A stretch of 63,859 bases of DNA, filler included, from Octopus bimaculoides (GCF_001194135.2; 7 parts of 6 records of this genome joined end to end with filler, not necessarily neighbours in it), one strand, 5' to 3'. Positions 1 to 12,274 are shown, counted from the whole stretch's first letter. Numbers and translations are program-made. Notes: generated by a model not told the origin, from the sequence alone.

Positions 1-82
1 TATATATATATATATGAGTGTGTATATGTATTTTTACATATACATACATTAGCCCTCTGAACTTCTTAGACCCTCTTTAAAC

Positions 83-205
83 TCTCTGATGAAGCCTAAA
101 GGCCTGCCCAATACCCTAATTTTATCTACCGATCATTACAGAATACTGAAGACATGGAAATAACATGTGGGGTATTGTGACCTCTTGGCAGAAACGGCTG
201 TAAGA
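83..205 (+). ncRNA. Type I hammerhead-ribozyme-like motif (Penelope/retrozyme type) with extended stem II
   Basis: tct-CTGATGA(86-92)-a-gcc...ggc-a-GAAAC-ggct-GTA(200-202)-aga. Stem I tct/aga, stem II gcc/ggc enclosing the inverted repeats caataccc/gggtattg and acatg/catgt. Confidence 0.5.
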
Positions 206-1088
206 AACTGCTCTTTTTCTTTTTCTATTCTAGGAATTACTGGTACTTATGTATGTAATACACAGTCTTTACGTATGTATATATATATTCTCATAATTGC
301 TTAAAATAAATAAATAGACACGGCGGTGCATCAGCATGGCCGCAGCTCTAAGCTGAAACCATATAAAAGATAAAAGAGACATAATATAATGTCTAACAGT
401 TGATGTATACAATTTCTGTGTCCCTCTATTTTCTTCTTGCCATATATATATAATCCAAGAGAGTTAGGGGTTGAGGATCCAACCCACTAAGGGATAATAT
501 TTATCCAATATACTGCTGGGATGGTACCCAATTATTGTTACACTAGTGTTATACCAAGTGCAATAAGTGGGTGCGGGTAAAAGGGTTTTTTTTACCCTAA
601 ATTTATATAGCAATAAGAAAATGGAGGGGAATATGAGGTACTCATCAACTTGCAGACACTGTATTCTGTTGATTAATCTGTTTNNNNNNNNNNNNNNNNN
701 NNNNNNNNNNNNNNNNNNNNNNNNNNNNNNNNNNNNNNNNNNNNNNNNNNNNNNNNNNNNNNNNNNNNNNNNNNNNNNNNNNNNNNNNNNNNNNNNNNNN
801 NNNNNNNNNNNNNNNNNNNNNNNNNNNNNNNNNNNNNNNNNNNNNNNNNNNNNNNNNNNNNNNNNNNNNNNNNNNNNNNNNNNNNNNNNNNNNNNNNNNN
901 NNNNNNNNNNNNNNNNNNNNNNNNNNNNNNNNNNNNNNNNNNNNNNNNNNNNNNNNNNNNNNNNNNNNNNNNNNNNNNNNNNNNNNNNNNNNNNNNNNNN
1001 NNNNNNNNNNNNNNNNNNNNNNNNNNNNNNNNNNNNNNNNNNNNNNNNNNNNNNNNNNNNNNNNNNNNNNNNNNNNNNNNNNNNNNNN

Positions 1089-1119
<31 letters not shown>

Positions 1120-1246
1120 TATATATTTATGTATGTATGTATGTATGTATGTATGCAGTTCCTGTAATGAGCCTATGAATCTTTGAGTTGCATGGGACTG
1201 AATAAAACTGTTCTAAATACTGATATATATATTAAAATTCTAGACA

Positions 1247-1620
1247 CAGGCATGGCAAGAAACTTGCTTCCCAACCACGTTTCCAGGTTCAGGGGCACCT
1301 TGGGCAGGTGCCTTTTGCTGTATCCTCAGGCCGACCAAAGCCTTGTGAGTGGAAATGGTAGATGGAAACTGAAAGAAGTCCATCATATATACATATATAT
1401 ATTAATGGCTGTGTATGTGTGTGTCTTTATGCTTGTGTTTGTCCCCGCACCACTGCTTGACAATTAATATTGGTGTGTTTACGTCCCCATAACTTAGTGG
1501 TTCATCAACAGAGAGCAATAGAAATAAGTACAAGGCTTAAAAAAGTCCTGGGGTCAAATTGTTCAACTAAAATCCTTCAAGGCAGTGCCGCAGCATGGCC
1601 ACAATTTAATGACTGAAAGA
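1247..1620 (+). mobile_element. tRNA-derived SINE, family A (abundant octopus-type SINE)
   Basis: Shares cttgcttcccaaccac...ccttgggcaagtg...aaagccttgtgagtggatttggtaga...internal microsatellite...gcatggcc...atgactgaaa with many other copies in the window. Confidence 0.8.
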
Positions 1621-2265
1621 AGAAGAAGAAGAAGAAGAAGAAGAAGAACAACAACAACAACAACAACAGCAGCAGCAGCAGCAGCNNNNNNNNNNCAACA
1701 ACAACAACAACAGCAGCAGCAGCAGCAGCAGTAGCAGCAGCAGCAGCAGCTTCCTCCTCCTCCTCCGAAATATATAGAGTATAATGGTAGATAACATTTA
1801 CATGTTTACACCAATTGTTTCATGAGCAAGTTATTTAAAACTGCTTTCTCAAGGCCGCCTGGTTAACACAGAACATATAGCAAAGCAGTAATGAGGGCAT
1901 CTAACTGCAAGAGCAATTGCATCAGCTACGCTATCTCATACCATCACAGACAAAAAAAAGAATGATATGTAAAATAATACACATGGTTTACATTTAAATG
2001 AAAAGCATTTTATAAAATATTTCAGCTGTGTTTGATTGTAAATGGCAAAGAAAGAGAATTTGTACCAGTCAACATATACAAGTGATTACTGATATTTGAG
2101 TAAGAAGATGGAGATTGGTGGTTCTCAGCCAGGTTACATATGGCCCTTGGGGTTCATATGGCTCTTAGGGGTCATATAGGATTTTGTTGTTAAAATTTAT
2201 ATGCAATAAATTGGTTATACTTCTACAAAGCACCAAATATATAAATTTTCTTTTATACAATGATA

Positions 2266-2450
2266 GGTGCAGGCGTGGCCATGTGGTAAGAAGCTTGCTT
2301 CCCAACCACATTGTTCTGGGTTCAGTTCTACTGTGTAGTAATTTGGGAAAGTATCTTCTACTATAGCCTTGGGCCAACCAAAGCCTTGTGAGTGGATTTG
2401 GTAGATGAAAACTCAAGGAAGCCCATTGCAATATACGATGGGCTTTATGA

Positions 2451-2486
<36 letters not shown>

Positions 2487-2695
2487 GTCTTTGTCCCACC
2501 CCATCCCTATCACCACTTAACAACCAGTGTTGGAGTGTTTACATCCCTGTAACTTAGCAGTTCAGCAAAAGAGACCAATAGAATAAGTATCACACTTTAA
2601 AAAAAATATCCTGGGATCATTTTGTTCGACTAAAAACCCTTCAAGATGGTGCTCCACCATGGCTGCATCAAATGACTGAAACAACTAAAAGAATA
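2266..2695 (+). mobile_element. SINE family A, full length
   Basis: A-box/B-box-like head (gtggccatgtggtaagaagc...gggttcagttc), internal (GT)n, same 3' body as the other copies. Confidence 0.85.
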
Positions 2696-3805
2696 AAAAA
2701 ATAATCCCTAATAATATTTAATTATAAAACTACAGTAAGACCTTTTTATATGTAGGAAATTGTGCTGAAAACTTCCTGGCTTTGGGTTAAAGGAAATATA
2801 AGAGGATGATGAGTGATGAGGGAGAAACACAGAGTCAAAGAAACACACATACACTTACATATATACATACATATATATATATATGATTGATTNNNNNNNN
2901 NNNNNNNNNNNNNNNNNNNNNNNNNNNNNNNNNNNNNNNNNNNNNNNNNNNNNNNNNNNNNNNNNNNNNNNNNNNNNNNNNNNNNNNNNNNNCAAGGAAA
3001 AACTAAGCTAAGAACATTAGATTCCTTGGAAGAAAGCAGCGATTATATGCAAAAACAAGGGCAGAAAAAAACGAACAATGTTACATAAATACAATAAAAA
3101 TAATAATAGGACATAACAACAGGTCTCTTTCGACTAAGGATGAATTAAATTAAGCTGGCATGTGTGGAAATAAAGCCTTACGGCAGGAATACGAGGTTTC
3201 ATGGACACAGGGAGGAATATCGATGTTGCACACACAACGGCCGGCCAAGAAAGAAAAATCAGGCTTGGCCGAACACCGGTCACGTTAGAAGAGAAAATAA
3301 AGATGTAGAGGCAGAGGTAGAAAAGAATTAAGGACGGGTGAGAAAAAATGACAGGGACACAGACATTTATATATATACATAATATATATATATATGTATG
3401 TATATATGTATGCCTGTCTATATGTGAGATAATAGTTTCACTTTAATAGTTTCAATATAAAAGTGAAACTATTAAAGTGAAAATATCTGACATTACAATA
3501 GAGAGATGTTATTGTTTCACTTTTGACATGTAATACTGAAATAGTGGAGGAGATATGATATTGCTCTGGGCTTGCACTAAGCAAGAAGTTAAAAAAATTT
3601 GGGCCTATGACACTACATGGACCCTAGGTAAGGCTTGTGTAAAATTTGAATGAAATTGGTTGTGTAGTTCTCAAGTTTTAGGGATTCACACAGACACACA
3701 GACAGACACACAAACATACATTCTCATCTTTACATATATATAGATAATGTTTCTATTTATTAGATCAGTGACTGTGTGTCACTTTGAAAATAATAATAGT
3801 AATAA

Positions 3806-4176
3806 TAAGAGCTCTCAGAGAGCGCAAACCTCCACCAAGGCAACACCAACATACTCTCTTCAATTAGCCAGAGATGATTTTTAAAATGAGAATATCTGAA
3901 ATAAACTCAACTGCTCTCACAAATGAGAATGCTGAAAACGAACCTGACCACTCTCAAAAATTAAGTAAAAAAAAAACAGGAAAAATATTCCAGAATCCTT
4001 GTCCAGTACCAGATTGATCCCAAAATCTAATCAGTTCTTGCCAGTCACGAGACTGGCCAAACATCCTTGAAAGTTTCATCCACATCCATCCAGCGGTTCT
4101 TGAGATATGTCATCCACAGACAAACAAACATGACTGAAAACAATACCTCTGCCTTCGCTAAGGTGGAGTTAATAAT
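3806..4176 (-). mobile_element. Non-autonomous Helentron/HINE-like or MITE-like element
   Basis: Subterminal inverted motif cctccaccaagg and terminal hairpin cctctgccttcgctaaggtggag, flanked by taataa at both ends. Confidence 0.45.
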
Positions 4177-4581
4177 AATCTTCTCTGTGTATGAGAACTT
4201 GCCTATGCTGATGGCCTAGTTCTCATATCTGNNNNNNNNNNNNNNNNNNNNNNNNNNNNNNNNNNNNNNNNNNNNNNNNNNNNNNNNNNNNNNNNNNNNN
4301 NNNNNNNNNNNNNNNNNNNNNNNNNNNNNNNNNNNNNNNNNNNNNNNNNNNNNNNNNNNNNNNNNNNNNNNNNNNNNNNNNNNNNNNNNNNNNNNNNNNN
4401 NNNNNNNNNNNNNNNNNNNNNNNNNNNNNNNNNNNNNNNNNNNNNNNNNNNNNNNTATCTGAAATGTATCAAAGAATGAGAGAAGAAATTTTTAAACTTG
4501 AAAGCACAGACTAAAATCAAGAGGTCTTAAAATAAATGCAGCAAAGGCAAATTTTAGGTGGTAGTAGCAGCAACAGTCTTG

Positions 4582-4613
<32 letters not shown>

Positions 4614-4837
4614 GGTGTTGGTGGTGGTGGTGGTGCTGCTGCTGGTAGTAGTAGTACTCATCACTATTATCTTCTACAAAACAGACCCCACTTACAGTAT
4701 TATAATGTTCCCTGTACTTCTATAGAATTGAGTGATGATCATCATCAACATCATCATCAGCATTATCTTCTATATAAGTTAATTCCTCTTCTTTGGTTGT
4801 CTGATGTGAAACCTGGCTGTCTGACATGAAACCTAGC

Positions 4838-5030
4838 CACTGATGGACAAAAATGATGGACAAAATGTTTTGCAGCATTTTGTCCATTTTCACGTTCTGA
4901 GTTCAAATCCTGCCAAGTTAACTTTGCCTTTAATCTTTTCAGGGTCAATGAAATAAGTACCAGTTGAGCACTGGGGATTGACGTAATTGACTATCCCATC
5001 TGTCAAAATTTCAGGCCTGTAATTACCCAG
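4838..5030 (+). mobile_element. tRNA-derived SINE family B
   Basis: ttctgagttcaaatcctgcc...actttgccttt...gggtcaat...aagtaccagttgagcactgggg core shared with several copies. Confidence 0.7.
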
Positions 5031-5086
5031 GTCATGCACCAGCATAGCCACAACCTTTGAGCTGAAATGCATAAAAGAATAAAAGT

Positions 5087-5490
5087 AAGATGAATATATT
5101 TTATTCTGTTTACTTGTTTCGCTCATTTGACTGTGGCCATGCTGGAGTACTGCTTTATAGGATTTTTTTAGTTGAAGAAATCAACCCCAGGATTTATTCT
5201 TTGTAAGTCTAGTACTTGTTCTATCAGTCTCTTTTGCCAATCCACTCAGTTACAGGAATGTAAACACACCAACATCGGTTGTTAAATGATGGTGGGAGGA
5301 CAAACACAGACAGACACACATATACATATACTTACGTGATGAGCTTCTTTGAATTTCCGCCCACCAAATACACTCACAAGGCTTTGGTCAGCCTGATGCT
5401 ATAGAAGATACTTGCCCAAGGTGCCACACTATGACTGAACCCAGAACCATGTGGTTAGGAGACACTTCTTACCACACAGCCATGCCTGAA
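5087..5490 (-). mobile_element. SINE family A, inverted
   Basis: Reverse complement of the 2266-2695 copy. Confidence 0.8.
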
Positions 5491-5492
5491 CC

Positions 5493-5537
<45 letters not shown>

Positions 5538-5540
<3 letters not shown>

Positions 5541-5873
5541 GGCACATGGCTCAGTGGTTAGAACGTCGAGCTTTCAATCGTGAGGTTGTGAGATCAATTT
5601 CCTGACCAGGCTGTGTGTTGTGTTCTTGAGCAAGACACTTTATTTCACGTTGCTCCAGTTCACTTAGCTGTAGAAATGAGTTGCAAAGTCACAGGTGCCA
5701 AGCTGTATCAGCCTTCACCTTTCTCTTGGATAACACTGGTGGCATGAAGAGGGGAGGCCAGTATGCATGGGCGACTGCTGGTCTTCTATAAAACAACCTT
5801 GCCCAGACTTGTGCCAGAGGGGGTAACTTTCTAGGTGCAATCCCAAGGTCAGTCATGACTGAAGGGGATCTCA
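5538..5873 (+). mobile_element. tRNA-derived SINE family C (CORE/Meta-like central domain)
   Basis: tRNA-like head ggctcagtggttaga...gatcaatttcc, then tgtgttgtgttcttgagcaagacacttta...ccagttcacttagctg. Related fragments at 16403-16620 and 40255-40378. Confidence 0.65.
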
Positions 5874-5885
5874 GTGTATATATAT

Positions 5886-7018
5886 TGATACGGACGCCGA
5901 TAAACAAACAAAATAACGTTATGTCCCTATTCCACGAGCTGGGTTTGAAACCGTTTCTAGTTGGTCAGGGTATTGGTATTTCCTTTGTCTTGTCAACAAG
6001 CACGGCTATTTATAGCGTAGGAGTGTGATCGCTGACCCTTTCCGATCATCGAAAGTTTAGAAAAACAAGTTAGGAACTGTACTAAACTGACCCAGCTCTG
6101 GAAGGGGTAACGTAGGACTGCTGGGTACAGTTTCTGTCATAAATACGAGAGCATAGATTTGGGAGGCACAGTTGGTGTAAGCGCGGTTGATGTAAACACA
6201 GCAGCCAGCGAAGATGGACAGAGCAGTCGATGTACAAGCAATCAGCCAGTGAAGATGGACAGAGCGGTCGGTGATAAGTCTGACAGAAAGAGACTGACAG
6301 ACAGAGGCTGAGAGAGAGAGGCTATTATCAGAAGGTACCAGTCAGCAGAAATGGGTAGAGTCTGAGAGAGAGTGGGACAGAGAGATGGAACTGTCGTGGC
6401 AGGCAAAAGTGAGTGGCAAATTGTGGTAGACTGCGTTGGTCAGTTCTTGTCATTGTAGTGGGAGATTTGAATTTGCTACGGTAAATGTTTTGCTTATATC
6501 TTTATAGAAAAATGTACTTTGTTGTTACATGTTTTAAAAGAAAAAGAACTTCGTTAACTCTTGTTAATTGTGATGTTAACTGGTTGAAAAGAAAGAACTT
6601 TTGTTAACTGTGTTAAAAGAGAGGAAAAGAAAAGAAAAGAGAAGCAAAAAGAACTTTTGACTTTTGAGACACGAACTTTGATTGTAAACTTTATGATTAT
6701 GTGAAATGATTGTAGACTTTGTAATTGTTCTGAAAACCTTTGTTAAATGCTTGGAAACGCTATTGTTACATGTTATTTCAAAAGCATGAATTATTGTTAT
6801 GCAATGCTGCTCTGTTTTATATTGTGATGTAAAAAAAGAAAAAAAAAGTTAGTTTCTCTACGCAATGTATGGTCCGTGTTATTTCTTCCTTGCCTGTTGT
6901 CATCGTTACGTGCTCCAGCTGGGCTTAGTCGTGGCGAACATCCTGACTCACTGAGCGTCGATGTTCGCGCGCACGAGTTTTCTCTTCGTTGAGGTACTCC
7001 GCGTGGGCATTCGTAACA
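5886..7018. mobile_element. Solo LTR (Gypsy-like), 1133 bp
   Basis: Termini TGATACGGACGCC...GGCATTCGTAACA (imperfect inverted repeat, TG..CA), 4-bp TSD ATAT (5882-5885 / 7019-7022), inserted in a (TA)n tract, CpG-rich relative to flanks. Confidence 0.75.
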
Positions 7019-7241
7019 ATATATATATATATATATGGTTAAAATTCAAGACATCTTCTCTTGAAGCACAGATGCTTTTCCCAATATTCCAACTATCTAA
7101 AGGACTCCTAATTACTAACTCAATATAAACACTTCACCCAAATGTAATCTTTTTGGACTTGAGCACTGGGATTGATGTAATCGACTATCCCCATTCCAAA
7201 ATTTCAGGCCTTGCACCTATAACAGAAAGGATTACTACGGT

Positions 7242-7438
7242 GAAGTGTTGGCAAAGCAAGTGGTTATCAAAACAGAGAGAGAGAGAGACAGAGAGAAGGG
7301 GCCAGAGTTAGGCTGGTCAAAGATAGAACACGAGGGAGAATATTTTTGTCCCTTGTGTTCTATCCTTGACCAACCTAACTCTGGCCCCTTCTCTCTGTCT
7401 TTCTCTGTTTCGATAACCACTTGCTTCGCCAACACTTC
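7242..7438. repeat. Long inverted repeat (foldback hairpin, ~90-bp arms, ~11-nt loop)
   Basis: gaagtgttggcaaagcaagtggttatc...agaacacgaggga / tcccttgtgttct...gataaccacttgcttcgccaacacttc. The right arm plus flank recurs, diverged, at ~7898-8056. Confidence 0.9.
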
Positions 7439-8339
7439 CCTCTCCTCCACTACCCCATCCTATATAAACTAGCTCACTCGGATTCCACTACTCCATTTTA
7501 ATGACTNNNNNNNNNNNNNNNNNNNNNNNNNNNNNNNNNNNNNNNNNNNNNNNNNNNNNNNNNNNNNNNNNNNNNNNNNNNNNNNNNNNNNNNNNNNNNN
7601 NNNNNNNNNNNNNNNNNNNNNNNTAGTTCTTTTCTTTATTCTATCTATTTCATTACCATGTAAACATAGTTTGAATATAGTTTCATCTTCCTTGCTGTTG
7701 TCTTAAAACAAACTTAAGTTCCTTCATGTGTAGTCACTATTCGTCACCTATTCATTTATTCAAGTTTGTCACATCATCACTTATTTCTCTAATCTTGTCA
7801 CAGATTGGCTGACTGAAAATTCTAAGATTTTTCAATTCTATTTCACTATTATCAGTATTTGCTGTTTCATTAAATTATGTTACGCAAAATCCCAGAAGAA
7901 TATTTTTCTTCCTCATGTTCTCTCCTTGACCAGCCTAACGCTGGCCCCCTCTCTCTGTCTTGATAACCACTTGCTTCGCCAACACTTCCCTCTCCTCCAC
8001 TACCCCATCCTATATAAACTAGCTCACTCGGATTCCACTACTCCATTTTAATGACTCCACCAGAAGATGCTCTTGCCTAAATTTGCTATTTCGTGGTACA
8101 CCTGCCCTCCCACCTCCACCACCTGTACCGGAAGTCACTATTCTCTGTCATCCTTTGGTTGTCTCCCATGAATACTTCTAAAGCCTTAACAACCATCCCC
8201 ACCCCTACTTAGGGTTTATCTTCTTTGTAAGGTAGTGATCATATAGCGCATAAAAATGATGGTGTAGTGTATGCAGGTTGAATTCAAGGCTATTGTTTGT
8301 TTATGAATTCTGCCAAATGCGAGCTTTCTTTTCAGGTAC

Positions 8340-10197
8340 ATGATGCTGCTGTCCCCCATCCCATTATCTCATGGGCCCACACCTCTCACACATTCAGGGT
8401 TGGCACACTCAATGTGGGCACACTGAAAGGTGGGTCTGGTGAGATTGTTGAGATGCTTGAATGGAGACGTGTAGATTTGTGCTGCCTCCAAGAAGTAAGG
8501 TGAAGGGGAGGTTCCGCTAGGTTCCTCATAGGTAAAGAACACAAGTACAAGATTTTCTGGGCAGGGAACACTGACGGGGTCGGGGGCGTTGGTATACTTC
8601 GTGCAGAGAAATGGGTGGATAAGATAAACGAGGTAGTCAGAGTGTGTGATAGAATACTTAGGATTAGATTAGTGCTACATCATGGGTTAGCAACCATTAT
8701 CTTGGCCTATGCTCCTCAGCTGGGGTTACCTGATGGACAGTAAGACCGATTTTATGACACCCTCTTGCAGACTACCTCGTTGACGAATGACAGGGACATC
8801 TTCTTTGTGTCTGGTGACTTCAATGGACATGTTGGACAACATGCAGGGAGCTTCCAAGGCGTACATGAAGGCTATGGTTTTGGTTCCCGCAATGAGGAGG
8901 GAACCAGGCTGCTGGAGTTCTGCGATGCAAATGATCTTATAGTTTGCAATACTAACTTCAGGAAACCTGCCAGTCACCTAATCACCTACCAATCTGGTAA
9001 ACACACTAGCCAAATTGACTACATCCTCGCCAGAAAAAGGGAAAGATGGCTGCTTATAAATGCCAAAGCCTTCCCAGGTGAAGAATGTACCCCACAACAT
9101 AGACTAGTAGTTAGCGACTTCATACCCAATGACTGGTGTAGCAGCTCCATAGTCAACTGCTACAAAGGTAAAGGTGACACTTTAGACACAAACAATTACA
9201 GAGGTATCAAGTTGTTGGATCAGATAATGAAGGTCACCGAGAGGGTCATAGCCCAACTAATTAGGGAGAGAGTCAGTCTAGATGAGATGCAGTTTGGGTT
9301 CGTGCCAGGGAAAAGCACCATTGATGCTACATTTCTGGTAAGACAGCTGCAAGAGAAATACCTAGCCAAAGATAAACCTCTATTCCTGGCTTTTGTTGAC
9401 ATGGAGAAAGCCTTTGACAGGGTCCCCCGATCCCTTATCTGGTGGTCAATGAGGAAANNNNNNNNNNAGCAAGGATTAGAATCAGAGAGCCTTAGAGTCA
9501 ACTTAGCTAAAACCAAAGTCTTAATAAGTAGGAAAGCAGACAAACCACAAATCCCTTCGGGTAGATGGCCCTGCTCGATCTGTAGAAAAGGCGTAGGTAG
9601 AAACTCTGTAAGATGTACCCAGTGTAAGCTATGGATACATAAGAGGTGCAGCAGTATCAAAGGAAGGCTAACTGGGAAGATAGTTTTTGTATGTGGCAAA
9701 TTCTCAGGAGCTATAAACAATGAAAATGTGCAGAGAACAACTTCTGCCACATTCCAGGAAGAAAATCTACAAGTAGTTGATAGCTTCCATTACCTAAGTG
9801 ACCAAGTCAGTAGCGGGGGAGGGTGCGTTGAAAGTGTAGCTGCTAGAATAAGAATAATCTGGACAAAGTTCAGGGAGCTCCTACCTCTGCTGGTGATAAA
9901 GGGCCTCTCACTCAGAGTAAAAGGTAGACTGTATGATGCATGTGTACGAACAGCCATGCTTCATGACAGTGAAACATGGGCCGTGACTGCTGAGGACATG
10001 CGTAAGCTTGCAAGGAATGAAGCCAGTATGCTCTGCTGGATTTGTAATGTCAGTATGCATGCACAACAGAGTGTAAGCACCCTGAGAGAAAAGTTGGATT
10101 TAAGAAGCATCAGATGTGGTGTGCAAGAGAGACGACTGCACTGGTATGGTTATGTGTTGCAAATGAATGAGGACAGCTGTGTGAAAACGTGCCACAC
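8340..10197 (+). mobile_element. RTE-clade non-LTR retrotransposon, internally deleted and degenerate
   Basis: APE motifs (RVGTLNVGTL, DLCCLQEVR, VSGDFNGHVG, SQIDYIL) joined to RT start (IPNDW, NYRGIKLL, QFGF, FVDMEKAFDRV). RT core missing at the 10-N gap, PHD-like C-x2-C/CxxC block present, stops and frameshifts. Confidence 0.92.
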
Positions 10198-10199
10198 AT

Positions 10200-10412
10200 G
10201 TGTGCGTGTGTTTATGTGTCTGTTTGTGTGTCCCCCCACCAACATCGCTTGACAACCAATGCTGGTGTGTTTACATCCCCGTAACTTAGTGGTTCGGCAA
10301 AAGAGACCGATAGAATAAGTACTAGGCTTACAAAGAATAAGTTCTGGGGTTGATTTGCGCTCGACTAAAGGCGGTACTCCAGCATGGCCACAGTCAAAAT
10401 GACTGAAACAAG
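10200..10412 (+). mobile_element. SINE family A, 3' half
   Basis: tgtccccccaccaacatcgcttgacaacc...gcatggccacagtcaaaatgactgaaacaagtaaaag. Confidence 0.8.
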
Positions 10413-11379
10413 TAAAAGATTAATCATAATCATCAAAATCTTGAAGCTACAAGATAATACTGAATAATCAAAAATAATGTGGATAAATAAGCAATACATT
10501 TGACTAAGTAATCTGAAAGTTAAAAGGTTTAGGATCTAAGCCCCAACATCCATATTATTCCTCTGAGGAGCTGTCACCCCCAGATATTATCTTTGAGATA
10601 CGTAGTGATTGAACAATGCCACATAAAATCCTGCCGTTAACAAGATATATAGCACATCTTTCACCATGCCCAGCATATTTGACAGAAGGACATAACTTGA
10701 TGACTCCATATTCTCTTAACTGCAGGATTTTATGGCACAGTGTTTATTATTTACTCAGCAGTTTTAATATTTTACTGATCAGCTACAGCTTGTTGTTGCT
10801 ATCTTATTGTCAAGAGTTTATTTAAACCTACTTAAATAACACTTAATGTTTAGCTGTGTCACTCTGATATATTATTTAGTTTTGACAACCTGAGAGATAT
10901 TTCATAAAGTCAATATTTTGTATCAAATCTGAAGAAGGCGTAAAGTATTTTGTCTATAACCAGGTAACATGGAATGAAGAAGATATTTTTGCTGATATCA
11001 CTGATAATTAGAATGGTATGTGTTAGAGGTTAATGCTGTTGACACATATATTCTATGTGTATGGTTCATATGTTCAATTGGTGGTTGAATGTTATGCTCT
11101 AAATCTATGTTGTGAGCTGAGTGAGGGAATACATGGATTGATGATATCAAATATGAATGCTTCTTGAATTTTTTACAAAACCTATCATGTTGGATCTGCT
11201 ATCGATGAGAAACTGGATTACTTACTCATAAAATTAACATGTAAATGGTTGAGTATTCCACAGATAAATGTACTTTTAAGGTTAATTCTTCAGGTTGAAT
11301 CAGACTAACATGATAGATCGCTGACCACTACATTTATATTTTTTTCTCCTTGTTTCTCGCCTTATTTCTTTCTGTGTTC

Positions 11380-11415
11380 CTTTCAGTTGAAGAGCGTAGC
11401 TCGAAACGTCAAAGA
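11380..11415 (+). ncRNA. Minimal hammerhead-like motif in a probable Penelope pseudo-LTR fragment (~11210-11500)
   Basis: TTGAAGA-GCGTAGCTC-GAAAC-GTC-aaag, with a palindromic ACGT stem III as in dimeric minimal PLE hammerheads. The first core base is T rather than C and stem I is imperfect. Confidence 0.4.
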
Positions 11416-12000
11416 CTTTCTCTTCTATTCCCGAGCGTTAAACTAATACATCCATTTGTTGTTTACACCACCTGTCTTTGTCTTGTTTTTTTCGTAAATT
11501 CTCCCATAACACAATATGAAGCAGGTTCTTTGGATTACAAGTGCAATGCATCGGACAGGATTCCACATCAAGTGAATTTTAATCACGGGGCTTAAGTCAA
11601 CTCAAGGCTGTGGTATAAGACATTTCTCCAAGATGCTACACAGAAAGCATCCGTAAAACAAGAATAACCACAGAACCTCTTTAACATTCTACAGTATGAG
11701 GATCAAGGGTTAGGTGTGTTCTGAATGGCTAGTGTACCAGAGAGGATTGAGATATTGTAATTGAGAGGCGAGTTCAGATGAATAATGGTACAATTATACT
11801 TACTAATTCTGAAAAGAAAGCAGCATGAAAGTGCTACTTTGAAGGTTATTAAATACGAAGAGAGTCTTTGCAGCATAGTCCTAACAGAGGGACTAGCCAT
11901 TCTAGTAGACAGCCATGTCATGAAACAATTAAATGCCTCATAGTTCTAGCAGCTCAATTCTATTTTATGAATGCTGTTTCTTAATGTCAATAGTTAGACG

Positions 12001-12037
12001 GCCCAATACTAGATGGCCCAATACTAGATGGCCCAAT
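12001..12037. repeat. 15-bp tandem repeat (gcccaatactagatg) x~2.5
   Basis: Directly visible. Confidence 0.85.
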
Positions 12038-12274
12038 GCATTGATTTTTCTAGGGACAAATAACATTGCTAAGTTGGCCCTGGTGATCTTGCTACCATAC
12101 ATTTCAGTTATCAGTTGCTCAAGGAGCCACAGTGCTAACTGACAAATGGTATATTATGAAAAGGCTGCACTGAATTATATATATCTAACCACAGATCATT
12201 TTCAAGACTTCATTGACCCTATTACTGAATCATGTACAAACAACAGCGAAGTATTCTGGTGTAAGATAAAGACA

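Noticed and set aside
464-1178. ORFs spanning N-gaps or made of (TA)n, (TATG)n, (ATT)n or (CA)n throughout the track
   Set aside because: They are open only because of Ns or low complexity.
2266-2345. tRNA-like heads as tRNA genes
   Set aside because: They are SINE 5' regions with A/B boxes but no complete cloverleaf, and continue into SINE bodies.
4536-4829. Poly-Val/Gly/His ORF resembling a transcription-factor low-complexity region
   Set aside because: Chained GTT/GGT/CAT microsatellites with no structured domain.
11800-11945. Protein-like plus-strand runs at ~11800-11945, ~10925-11010 and ~19660-19770
   Set aside because: Short, no family recognised and no consistent donor/acceptor chain; cannot be supported without RNA-seq.
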